Below the pieces are notes generated by a model. It was given only the letters and a program-made list of their open reading frames with translations. It was not told the origin of the DNA and ran no database searches. A DNA stretch of 59,776 nucleotides, the filler included. It is 4 parts of 4 records of this genome, joined end to end, with 100 filler letters (N's around TTAATTAATTAA, not from the genome) between each part and the next. Parts side by side here need not be neighbours in the genome. Positions count along the whole stretch, not along the records: positions 32,731 to 47,549 come from SRR20825006_1623; positions 47,650 to 59,776 come from SRR20825006_1625; 2 more parts are not named here. One strand, 5' to 3'. The translations under genes and the position numbers were made by a program. Positions 39,844-48,908 of this stretch are shown here, piece by piece (within the stretch, counting starts at the first letter, position 1; the number at the start of each line of letters is the position of its first letter).

Positions 39844-42654
39844 TTAGAAGGCAACCTGTACGTTAGCGTGCAGGTAACGACCCAGTGTGTCGTAGAAACC
39901 AGCGAACGTGTTGGCGTTGGTGGAGAAGTTACCACCTACGAGCGGAGGCTCTTTGTCGAAGATGTTGTTCACACCAACGAGGAAGCCAACGTGCTCGTTC
40001 ACGTCAAACGAAGCTTTCAGGTCGAAGTAGGACTGAGCTGCGATATGATCGTCAACCGAACCATCACCGAGGCCGCCTACGCTACCGAAGTAACGCCACT
40101 TGGCAGACACGCTCCAGAAGCTATCTGGTGTGAAGTTAACGGTCATTGTGTGGCGCCATACTGGCTGAGCGAAACAGCCGTTAGATGTATAGTCGTCTAC
40201 ACAATCATACTCGTCGTTCTCAAGACCGCCCACCGGATCAGTTATTTTCTTGAGCATGTAAGTGCCCGAGATTTTAGCCGACACGGTGCCTACACCAACA
40301 TCAGTGGTGTAGTCAGCTGCAACGTCGATACCTTGAAGGTGCTGACCACCGGTGTTGACGTTCGTGCCTACAACATAACCAGAGTTACCGAGCCACAGGC
40401 TGCCACCGTTACCACGGTTGATCAGGCTACAGAATTCGGTCGCACCAGTGAGACCACACTGACGAACAGCAATCTCAGGATCGATGATCGCGATTGCGTC
40501 TTCAAGCTTGATGTCCCAGAAGTCAACGCGCATTTGAAGGCCGGCCATTGGATTGGCAATTACACCAAATGTCCAGGAGTCAGCTTTCTCAGGGTCGATG
40601 GTTGGGTTACCACCGTACAGAGCGTTGTACTGGCTGGCTGGGCTGAGTGAGATGTTGCCGTACTGACCAGCTGTTACACCAGTGTTCGCACACTGTGCAG
40701 CAGTCAACTCAGGGCTGGCACCAGCACATGGATCAACACCGCCCCACAGGCCACGGGCTTGTGGTGAGAACAGCTCGTTCACGTTCGCAGCACGAACAGC
40801 ACGGTTGTAGCTACCAACGAATTTGATTTCGTCGATTGGGTTCCATGACAGTGCAACTTTGTATGTCGCAGCGCCACCGGAGGTGCTGTAGTCAGAGTAA
40901 CGACCACCAAGCTCAAGCTCAAGAGTAGCAGGCAATGGAACAACCAACTCGCCGAAGACTTCTTTCACATTGTAAGAACCTTCAACAGACGGTGTTGCAC
41001 CACCTTGACCAAGAAGCTGACCTTCGGAGAATACGGTGTCAGAGTTGGAGTCGAATACCTCTTTGCGGTACTCGATACCGATAACTGCCTGAACACTGTC
41101 TTCAGCTGAAGGAACGGTCAGACCGAGGTCACCCGTTACATAGGCGTTGGCAATGTATTCTTTGGTGATACCTTCGAGGACAGCAACACCGGTCAGGCCA
41201 CCAGCCTGCTCAGGGGTTACGCCTTGGTATTGGAACACATCATATTCTACGTTCTCAAGAGCTTCGCGGATGTTTGGTGCGAAGAAATCGTTCACGTAGT
41301 TGGATACGAATGTGGTTGAACCATACTGGAAGGATGCATCGTAGGACCAGTTATCCGTAATGCTGCCTTCAACACCAGTTACAATGCGGAATGCGTTGTG
41401 GCTGATGAGGTTCGCACGTGGGCCACCTTCTACGTTACGCTTACCAATGTAAACGCCGAACTGCTCACCTGGGCCGATACCGTAGGTGTCGGTGAGGAAT
41501 TGACGCTGAGCGTCGTTCAGAAGGCCAGATTCGTATGGCAGGTCGTACTGCTCAGCGAAGAATGTACCGGACTCAGCAATCTGAGCATCGGTGCGATCAC
41601 GCATGAAGCTGACTTCCATGTATGGACGAGCGTGTTCGTTGATTTCGTAATCAATGAACGCACCAAATGTCCAGCGCTCATCAGGGCGCATGAAGTGGTT
41701 AACCGGAGCGTAGTTGTATACGTTCGAAGCGCCGTCAACAAAGTTGCTGCTTGGGTCAAGCGTCCAGCGGCGGGCGAAGTCCATGTCATCAGGAGCGCCG
41801 AGGTAGAAGTTTGGAATTTCAGCGTTACCAGAACCACCACAAGACGTGCCAGCAGCACTCAGAGCACATGATGAATAGTCACGGTCAGCTTGCAGGAATT
41901 CCTTAACTTTACGCCATGTAGCGTAAACTGTTGCGTGACCATTTCCGTCAGCAAACTCGCCGCCCATGGTTACGTCAACGTTGTATGCAACGCCATCGAT
42001 ACCGCTTGAGCCGTCTGGATATTCGAAGTTTTTCGCATCCATCAGACCCTGGATGTAGTCGTTGCTGTTATTGTGCTGGTAACCAGAGATGCCAGCGCTG
42101 ATTTCGATACCTTCGAAATCGTCTTTCATCACGAAGTTAACAACACCAGCAACCGCGTCAGCACCGTATGTTGCCGAAGCACCACCGGTGATCACTTCAG
42201 CACGTTCAACGAGCGAAGCTGGGATCTGGTTGATGTCAGGCGCGTTGCTGAGGCCACCTGGCTGCAGGCGACGACCGTTTACGAGCACGAGTGTACGAAC
42301 AGTACCCATGCCGCGAAGGTCAAGTGTTGCAGTACCAGTGGCACCGTTGGAGATGAACGATGTTTGCGCAGCTTCAATCTGCGGCAAGCTGTTCATCATG
42401 TCCTCGACCCGTGTGAAGCCCGACAGTTTAATGTCGGCGCTAGATGTCACGGAGATCGGGCTAGCACTGGTGAAGTCCTTACGTACGATACGTGAACCGG
42501 TAACAACAACCTCTTCAAGGTCGAAGTCTTCCATTGTGTCCGCTTCTTGAGCGGAAGCACCCGTTACACCTGCACCCAGCGCGAAGCTGGCGAGGAGGGT
42601 TGCGGCGCTACCCAGGAGGGCAGTACGACGCATTTTCTTGAGTTCCTTAGACAC
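39844..42654 (-). CDS. TonB-dependent outer-membrane receptor
   Basis: Signal peptide, EEVVVTGSRI, LRGMGTVRTLVLVNGRR, GASATYGADAVAGVVNF, NIFDKEPP, terminal Phe. Confidence 0.96.
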   Translation of the reverse strand: MSKELKKMRRTALLGSAATLLASFALGAGVTGASAQEADTMEDFDLEEVVVTGSRIVRKDFTSASPISVTSSADIKLSGFTRVEDMMNSLPQIEAAQTSFISNGATGTATLDLRGMGTVRTLVLVNGRRLQPGGLSNAPDINQIPASLVERAEVITGGASATYGADAVAGVVNFVMKDDFEGIEISAGISGYQHNNSNDYIQGLMDAKNFEYPDGSSGIDGVAYNVDVTMGGEFADGNGHATVYATWRKVKEFLQADRDYSSCALSAAGTSCGGSGNAEIPNFYLGAPDDMDFARRWTLDPSSNFVDGASNVYNYAPVNHFMRPDERWTFGAFIDYEINEHARPYMEVSFMRDRTDAQIAESGTFFAEQYDLPYESGLLNDAQRQFLTDTYGIGPGEQFGVYIGKRNVEGGPRANLISHNAFRIVTGVEGSITDNWSYDASFQYGSTTFVSNYVNDFFAPNIREALENVEYDVFQYQGVTPEQAGGLTGVAVLEGITKEYIANAYVTGDLGLTVPSAEDSVQAVIGIEYRKEVFDSNSDTVFSEGQLLGQGGATPSVEGSYNVKEVFGELVVPLPATLELELGGRYSDYSTSGGAATYKVALSWNPIDEIKFVGSYNRAVRAANVNELFSPQARGLWGGVDPCAGASPELTAAQCANTGVTAGQYGNISLSPASQYNALYGGNPTIDPEKADSWTFGVIANPMAGLQMRVDFWDIKLEDAIAIIDPEIAVRQCGLTGATEFCSLINRGNGGSLWLGNSGYVVGTNVNTGGQHLQGIDVAADYTTDVGVGTVSAKISGTYMLKKITDPVGGLENDEYDCVDDYTSNGCFAQPVWRHTMTVNFTPDSFWSVSAKWRYFGSVGGLGDGSVDDHIAAQSYFDLKASFDVNEHVGFLVGVNNIFDKEPPLVGGNFSTNANTFAGFYDTLGRYLHANVQVAF

Positions 42655-42925
42655 TCTGCGTTTCCTCTTCTATTTTATTACTTTCCAAGCACTCGGAATT
42701 CGCGGAAAATTATAACCGCACATAAGGTCTAGCCAGATTCTGTCGTGGGGCGACACAAAAGTTTAACGTTCGGCATGGTTTTGCTTATGCATTAAACGAA
42801 TGGTGTGTTATTTGAGCCACAGATATAAACGATAGATTATTTTCCGCTCATATTGCCTAATTATGGTGCAAAACCATACTTTTAGTGATTGCAGTTTAGT
42901 TTAGTCGGAGGGCGGTGATCTAATG

Positions 42926-43415
42926 TCAGAGTGGCACATGGGACGCACGTGCCCACTTGGAGAGAAGCCATTTTCCGCCCGAAGTCGGAGGCTCTCCAGA
43001 GTGCAAGGTTTTACGGTCAGGCGAACCGTCGGGCCTGATATTGTTGAAGCATAGAAAGACGCCCAGACCTGCCCTGAAATCGAGCTTGATATCTCAAAAC
43101 CGTGTTACGCCTCCACCATATCCTGTGTTCAGGTATGTGAGACTCGTTTTGATTCTCTGCCCGCCTGTTTTGAGGTGTTGCTGGTGCGCCGGGAAGGTGG
43201 GGTCGAAAAAGTCATAATGCGGCTTGTACTGTTGGCCAGACCTGCAATGCAGAAGCGACAACGGGTCCGCGTGCGTCACCGGGTGATCCATAGCCTTCAT
43301 CATCAGGGCATTGATCGATTGCACAACGATGTCGCTTTCAAGCAGGCGGAAGTTAGAAAAACGATTGGTACGGGTTTGGTCTGAAACCTCTCCGGCTTGC
43401 GAATCATGTGCCGTG
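42926..43415 (-). pseudogene. Prolyl-4-hydroxylase-like 2OG-Fe(II) oxygenase remnant
   Basis: GQQYKPHYDFFDP...GGQRIKTSLTYLN..GGVTRF, in-frame TGA at 43094-43096, then LHSGEPPTSGGKWLLSKWAR to stop 42926; N-terminus absent. Confidence 0.85.
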
Positions 43416-44524
43416 GCTGTCGCCGTCGGTGTCGAATGTCGAGAATAATGCACGGGTAGCTTCTGGCATATAGGGGTTGCGAAGGTCGACATCCATGCCT
43501 TCACTAAATGGTGTTGGTGCCAGTTGGCTTTCGACGCGGTTGTGTGCGTATGACATCTCGGCGAACAGGTTGATGTCGTTTGTTACCTGATAGTTGCCGA
43601 TACCAGTAATAGCATGTCGCACGAGCGGAAGCTGGAGGTTATTTACCGGCGCGAAATTATAGGCGTGTTTATCACCATCATGAGGATAGGTGTGCCATTA
43701 TCGTCAATGAAATGGTTCAAGCCGTTACTCGCGAAACGACCCTGTAGGATGCCGGCACTACCACCAGGTACAAAGATCGGGTTTCCATTGTCATCTGTGG
43801 TCTCGCCAAGCTGCACAGCGGCGAAGCTCCGGTCACCAGCAAGGGTCTGATTACGCTTCAGATAGTTACCGGAAATCACCACATTACCGCGACCGTCGGC
43901 CAAGTTTCCGCCAAGGGTGAAGTCAACGTTGTAGCGCTCGGCATCACCTTCCTGGCTAAGGCCATATTGGCCGTTTACCTGAACGCCTTCAAAGTCATCC
44001 TTTAGGATGAAGTTCACAACGCCAGCCATGGCGTCAGAACCGTAAACGGCAGAAGCACCACCGGTTACAACTTCAATCTGCTTGATAAGTGCGGGCGGAA
44101 TGTTGTTCAAATCCACCACGCCGTTAGAGGCGGAACCAACAAACCGACGGCCGTTCATCAGTACGAGCGTACGTGAGGTGCCAAGGTTGCGCAGGTTTAC
44201 ATTTGCCTGACCGTTACCAGGGTTGTTTGTGGTTGGGCCGTTTGTAGATGCTGTCTGCGGCATGCCGTCGAATATGCGGTCAATTTCAACCACAGCGCCG
44301 ATGCTGATCTCTTCTGCCGAGATCACGTTCACGGGGCCGTTGGCGACCAGATCTTTCCGCGGAATACGGGAGCCGGTTACCACAACTTCCTCGAACTCTG
44401 ATTCTGTTGCCGCGCTGGTTTGCGCAAAAGCGCTAGTGCTTGGGGCCATGGACATCATGGTGGCGATAGTGGCTGTGCCTGCCAACAGGCCAGCCTTTAT
44501 TGTTCTACCCTGTTTATGGGTCAT
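43404..44524 (-). pseudogene. Second TonB-dependent receptor, frameshifted and truncated
   Basis: GGAGG RBS, EEVVVTGSRI and plug domain intact; frameshift near 43683 (AYNFAPVNNLQLP continues in another frame); most of the barrel is missing. Confidence 0.88.
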
Positions 44525-44754
44525 TCTGTTCTCCTCCCAAAGAGAGTTGTTAGTCAAAAAGAGAGGACAATGAATGCTGATAAGGCGCAGTAAATAAAAA
44601 TTGTAATACGGTTTTTATTCTGATTTATATAATATTTATTTATATGTTTTTAATAAACTTCATGTAAAAATTATAAAAATATGAACTTATATATATCTGC
44701 AGTTTGTAGTTTTAGTCTTTTGCTTCGTCGGTTTAATACTTTTCTTCTGTATAA

Positions 44755-44789
44755 GAAAAGGCGCCCACCATGCCAGGGGGCGCCTCTTT
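44755..44789 (-). terminator. Probable terminator
   Basis: AAAAGGCGCCC...GGGCGCCTCTTT. Confidence 0.6.
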
Positions 44790-44813
44790 ACCCATGGGTT
44801 CTAAAAACGTGAA

Positions 44814-45467
44814 TCAGTTCACGCGCTTGACCCGGAATGTTTTACCTGTCTCATCAACGGTCATGAAAAGACCGCCAATTTCTGTTTCCTCAATGCGTAC
44901 TGCCATCCCTGGCTTGATCCGGCCTGGTTTAGAGTCGTCAACATTCTGCCAGATATGGCCATTTTCAAGTTTAATATACAGGTCGCCAATGGCGGAACGT
45001 TTTGTTGCAACGATGCTGCTTTGGAAGGTGTTGAACCCGCCGTCAGTTGCTCCGCGTTGACCAAACTCTTCCAATGCAAGCGCCGCGAGATCTGCCTGAC
45101 GCTGTTCTTCAGCGGCAATGAGGGCCTCTTTTTCAGCTTTTTCGCGCTCTGCTTCCGCGCGCAGCCTTGCAGCTTCTTGATCAGCAGCAAGCCTTAGGCG
45201 CTTTGCTTCCGCACGTTCTGTGGCGGCAACGGCTTTCAGCCGCTCAGTCTCGGCTTTCAGTTGATCTGCTTCCTTGAGCCTTGCGTGTGCGCGCTCAAAG
45301 TCAAAGATGGACGCCGCTTTGTCGAAACAAGCAAGGCGCGAAGCATCGTCACTGATCTCGGCACATGCCTTGAAAGCCTGCACGCTGCTTTGCGCGTCAT
45401 CTGCGCCAGCGGGAGCGATCGTCAGCCCTGCTAGCACAAGCCCAAAGCTGAGGTGTTTCAATTTCAT
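44814..45467 (-). CDS. Exported hypothetical protein (CxxIxD...RLACFD, coiled coil, beta-rich C-terminus)
   Basis: Signal peptide, ACAEISDDASRLACFD, LENGHIWQ, RVKRVN. Confidence 0.85.
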   Translation of the reverse strand: MKLKHLSFGLVLAGLTIAPAGADDAQSSVQAFKACAEISDDASRLACFDKAASIFDFERAHARLKEADQLKAETERLKAVAATERAEAKRLRLAADQEAARLRAEAEREKAEKEALIAAEEQRQADLAALALEEFGQRGATDGGFNTFQSSIVATKRSAIGDLYIKLENGHIWQNVDDSKPGRIKPGMAVRIEETEIGGLFMTVDETGKTFRVKRVN

Positions 45468-45586
45468 TCTGTGTTCCCTCTCACATTTTTATATAGCGCG
45501 TTCATATAGCGCGTTGCGCGGCACCATAGTAGCGCCGCGGCGCATCATTGTCTCGCCAAGATGACCGGCAGATGAACGCACTGCAT

Positions 45587-47032
45587 TTAGCGGTCCGTCC
45601 CTTGAACTTGTGCGGCATCATCAAGTGTGTTTGGCGCAGGGCCAAGGGCACCGGCCTGCATTATATAAGAGCGTTGTGTTTGTATCTGAAGGATGTCTGC
45701 CAGCAGTTGGGTACGCTGTGAAGCAAAGACCTCAAGGTCAGTACCCCTGAGCTCCCGGCCCGTTGGCAGATCGAGCGTAAGCGGGTTGACCTGCTTGTCG
45801 TTCATCATCACTTCATAGTGCAGGTGTGCGGCACTCACGCGACCCGTAGCACCCGCATAACCGATAACTTGGCCCTGTTTCACCCGGGCACCGCTTTTAA
45901 TGCCTTTGCCGTACCGGCTCAGGTGAGCGTAGGCTGTCTTATAAGTACCGTTATGGCGGATGCGGATATAGTTACCGTAGGAGCCGTAGCGGCTAGCGCG
46001 TTCCACCACGCCGTCACCAGCTGCCATGATAGGCGTGCCGGTGCGAGCCCGGAAGTCAACGCCCTTGTGCATGCGTGTATATCCCAGCACCGGGTGTTTG
46101 CGGCGACCATAGTTTGAAGTCACTACCGTGACATCAAGTGGTGTTTTCATCAGGGCTTTGCGAGTGCTTTTGCCTTCTCCGTCAAAATAGTCGGCGTCGC
46201 CTGCGGCATCGATGAAATAATTGGCTTCCAGCATGCGTTTCCGCAGGCCCAGTTTTACCTGCAGGAGTTGCCCTTCCTGCATATCACCAAAGTCCGGGGC
46301 GTATTGGCGCTCAAAATAAACCTGAAAGGTGTCGCCGGTGCGTATCTCGCGCTCAAAGTCGACATCAAAGCTCATCAGCCTGATCAGGTCGACAATCACC
46401 TTGGTTGGCAGGCCAGCCCGCTGCGCAGAAAGATAAAGGCTGTCTGTAATTTCGCCTTCTACCAAGTGGGTGAGTGAAATGGTTGTTATGTCTTGCCGTT
46501 CCGCTTTGAAGCTGTCGCCTTTGGCATACACAACGGCCTCAGCATCAAAGCTATCGCGCATGCGGAGCTCTTCCACATTACCGTCAGCGTCGGTGGTGAT
46601 TCGAACTTCCTGCCCGCGCTGTAGTTTACGCAGGTTGGTCACATCGCGCAGGTTGGCCACCATACGGTGCGCGGTAACCGAAGGAATGTCGGCGCGTTGC
46701 AGTAGGCCAATCAGCGTTTCGTTACGTTTGAGGCTATATTGTTTCTCTGTTGGTGCAGGTGGCGGCGCGTCTTCTTCAACCTGGGCATAGCCCTCTACAG
46801 ATGGGGGCATCTGGGTCGCGACATCAGGCACATTTGGCTCTTCGTCAGGCGCAGTATCGGGTGTTCTTAAAAGTAGATGCCCGACCATTAGGACAGCTAA
46901 TCCGAAACCGGCGATGGCAGTAAAGCCCAGCGGCGACTCGCTCGCCCTGATCAGGTGCCCAATACGGGCTTTGGTGTCGGCCGGGAGCCGAATTGCCAAA
47001 ATGCGGTCACGAATCTCGTGAAAGCGAAACAT
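45587..47032 (-). CDS. M23 family peptidoglycan DD-endopeptidase (MepM-like)
   Basis: HKGVD, YGNYIRIRH, YAHLS, HLHYE; N-terminal TM. Confidence 0.93.
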   Translation of the reverse strand: MFRFHEIRDRILAIRLPADTKARIGHLIRASESPLGFTAIAGFGLAVLMVGHLLLRTPDTAPDEEPNVPDVATQMPPSVEGYAQVEEDAPPPAPTEKQYSLKRNETLIGLLQRADIPSVTAHRMVANLRDVTNLRKLQRGQEVRITTDADGNVEELRMRDSFDAEAVVYAKGDSFKAERQDITTISLTHLVEGEITDSLYLSAQRAGLPTKVIVDLIRLMSFDVDFEREIRTGDTFQVYFERQYAPDFGDMQEGQLLQVKLGLRKRMLEANYFIDAAGDADYFDGEGKSTRKALMKTPLDVTVVTSNYGRRKHPVLGYTRMHKGVDFRARTGTPIMAAGDGVVERASRYGSYGNYIRIRHNGTYKTAYAHLSRYGKGIKSGARVKQGQVIGYAGATGRVSAAHLHYEVMMNDKQVNPLTLDLPTGRELRGTDLEVFASQRTQLLADILQIQTQRSYIMQAGALGPAPNTLDDAAQVQGTDR

Positions 47033-47239
47033 TTCTTTCCCTTCTGATTCAACTCGGTCCGGCCAGAGATTCGCGTACGATTCCCGTTGGTCGGACCCAT
47101 TGGAAACAAAATACAGTCTTTATATATATAGGGCAACATGCCTGTCATACCCCAAGCGCTTTCTAAACACCTACCAAAGGCGTCTTCTATTGGAAAGCGC
47201 ATGTTTCTGCGCCTTATAGAGCAAAGCTGTAAAAAAAGT

Positions 47240-47549
47240 GCAAAAGAAGCAAAAAAGCCCTTGCGTTCGAGAGCCGATCCCCCTAGAAACCGCTCCACCG
47301 ACGGGGCGCGCTGCTCTACTGGACACGAGCCAAACGGTTCGAAAGTTCGGAAGGAATGCCGCAACGTCATCACGATCTAGAGGCCTTAAAAACGGCCTTG
47401 ACATGGTGGCCCTGGTCACCATATACAGATCGCCCTGTCGCACGCTGACGAAACGTCCGGTCCGACAAACTGCCTGACAGAAGAATGTTTCAGGTGACTG
47501 GATTTTCCGGTCGGGCAGATTTTTGATCTTTGACATAGTTGATTTGGAA
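47240..47549 (+). promoter_or_regulatory. Probable rRNA-operon tandem promoters and boxA
   Basis: A-tract UP element + TTGCGT(47261)-17 nt-TAGAAA + GC-rich discriminator; TTGACA(47398)-18 nt-TATACA; boxA-like TGATCTTTGACA at 47524-47535; contig breaks directly after. Confidence 0.7.
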
Positions 47550-47649
47550 NNNNNNNNNNNNNNNNNNNNNNNNNNNNNNNNNNNNNNNNNNNNTTAATTA
47601 ATTAANNNNNNNNNNNNNNNNNNNNNNNNNNNNNNNNNNNNNNNNNNNN
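47550..47649. other. Artificial contig linker
   Basis: N-run with central TTAATTAATTAA. Confidence 0.99.
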
Positions 47650-47890
47650 GACATTCAATGCTGCAACGGACCATCTTTTTGAGGTGTAGCCGCGGAGAAG
47701 GTCTGGTTTGAGCCCAATTCACCTGATGCTGCGGCTTGAACCAACGACCGCTTTTTGAGCGCGGCCAAAAACGTGACAGATCCAAAGGCAGTTTCGCCAA
47801 GGGCTTGTGGCACAAGATTTTTCAACGATTCTAGCGTCAGCAACGCCTGTGACAAAAACGACCGTTTGTGGCAGAACTGAGCGGAATCCA

Positions 47891-48688
47891 TCATGGGAAA
47901 GGCCACCATTCGATCTCCGCCTCGCCCATGGCTTGGAGGGCTTGGTTCACGCTGATCAGAGGGTTGGCACCGTTGAAGTACGTATCCCCCCTATACGCAG
48001 TAGGATGCGGGTGAGCGATGGAGGCGGTACGCGGAAAGTCATCAGGTTCCGGAATGCTTCGTCGGAACACATCTTGCGCTTCTCTACCGAGCAGCAAAAA
48101 AACAGTCCCGCCTTGCGCCGCCGCGATCTGTCGCAGGAGGTGTTCGGTCACAAGCCGCCAGATCTCCTTATGCGCACTTTGGTGCTTCTTGTGCGTGAAG
48201 GTCCAGCTGGCGTTAACGAACAGCACTCCCTGCTCCTGGAGGCAGTCGAAAAATCTGACTGTCTGGGGGGGCGGGTCACCTAACATCGCACGAAGATTCC
48301 GCCAAGGCTCCGGGCCACCTAAGAGCCCAGGGGCCACCGCCGACTGCACCAGACGCCGGAGAGCAGGCCGAGTAGTTTCCGATATCCGTCCCGCGACACC
48401 GTCCTCAAAGCTACGCCCGGTCGCCCTATCAGGTTCGGTATACGGGTCCTGGCCAATAAGGACGACTCGAACATCGGTCGGCAGCAGTCCCGTGAACGGG
48501 AGAAACAGATGTCTCGCGCCTTCAGCATCATGCAGGGGTGGGTAGGGCGCAAAAGCGCCTTCTTCGTCCTGTGCCCCAACGAGCTTATCTGCTTCCAGAT
48601 TGGGGGCAATGATCGCCTCCCGCCAGTTTTCCGGGACGGTGGCCGCCCATTCAGCCAAGGCTTGCTGCATGTCGTCGCGCAGGCTCAC
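47891..48688 (-). CDS. Divergent family-1 uracil-DNA glycosylase
   Basis: VRVVLIGQDPY, QGVLFVN, LLLGREAQ, HPHP, NQAL...IEW; GGGAGG RBS before GTG. Confidence 0.85.
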   Translation of the reverse strand: MSLRDDMQQALAEWAATVPENWREAIIAPNLEADKLVGAQDEEGAFAPYPPLHDAEGARHLFLPFTGLLPTDVRVVLIGQDPYTEPDRATGRSFEDGVAGRISETTRPALRRLVQSAVAPGLLGGPEPWRNLRAMLGDPPPQTVRFFDCLQEQGVLFVNASWTFTHKKHQSAHKEIWRLVTEHLLRQIAAAQGGTVFLLLGREAQDVFRRSIPEPDDFPRTASIAHPHPTAYRGDTYFNGANPLISVNQALQAMGEAEIEWWPFP

Positions 48689-48833
48689 GTGCGTCCCTCC
48701 CAGGCGGAAACCCTATCAGTAGAATCACATTCTACTGGTACCGGAGTTTTGGATCGCAAGGTTCGAACAGAGAAGCATCATACCTCATAACTCCATTAAA
48801 ATGACCTAAAGCCACTTAAAAGCCCTTATACGC

Positions 48834-48862
48834 TTGACAAGGGCCCTAATAATCCATATATT
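48834..48862 (+). promoter_or_regulatory. Near-consensus sigma70 promoter for the wHTH gene
   Basis: TTGACA(48834)-17 nt-TATATT(48857). Confidence 0.7.
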
Positions 48863-48908
48863 GACCTTATCAGGCAATAAGGCCTGCTTTATATTGAAAG
48901 GACTTTAT

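Noticed and set aside
42660-42920. Possible RiPP precursor ORF in the TBDR intergenic regions (also 44530-44810)
   Set aside because: AT-rich promoter-like DNA; I found no convincing RBS plus ORF
43094-43096. In-frame TGA in the P4H-like gene as selenocysteine or readthrough
   Set aside because: Not a catalytic position, the gene lacks its N-terminus and the neighbour is also decayed; a nonsense mutation is simpler
46951-47536. Short ORFs upstream of the M23 gene
   Set aside because: Overlap promoter-like non-coding sequence; no protein-like features
47655-47894. 79-aa ORF overlapping the UNG stop (ATGA) as a partner gene
   Set aside because: No recognisable motif; the sequence looks like intergenic repeat or IS-scar DNA; cannot be supported
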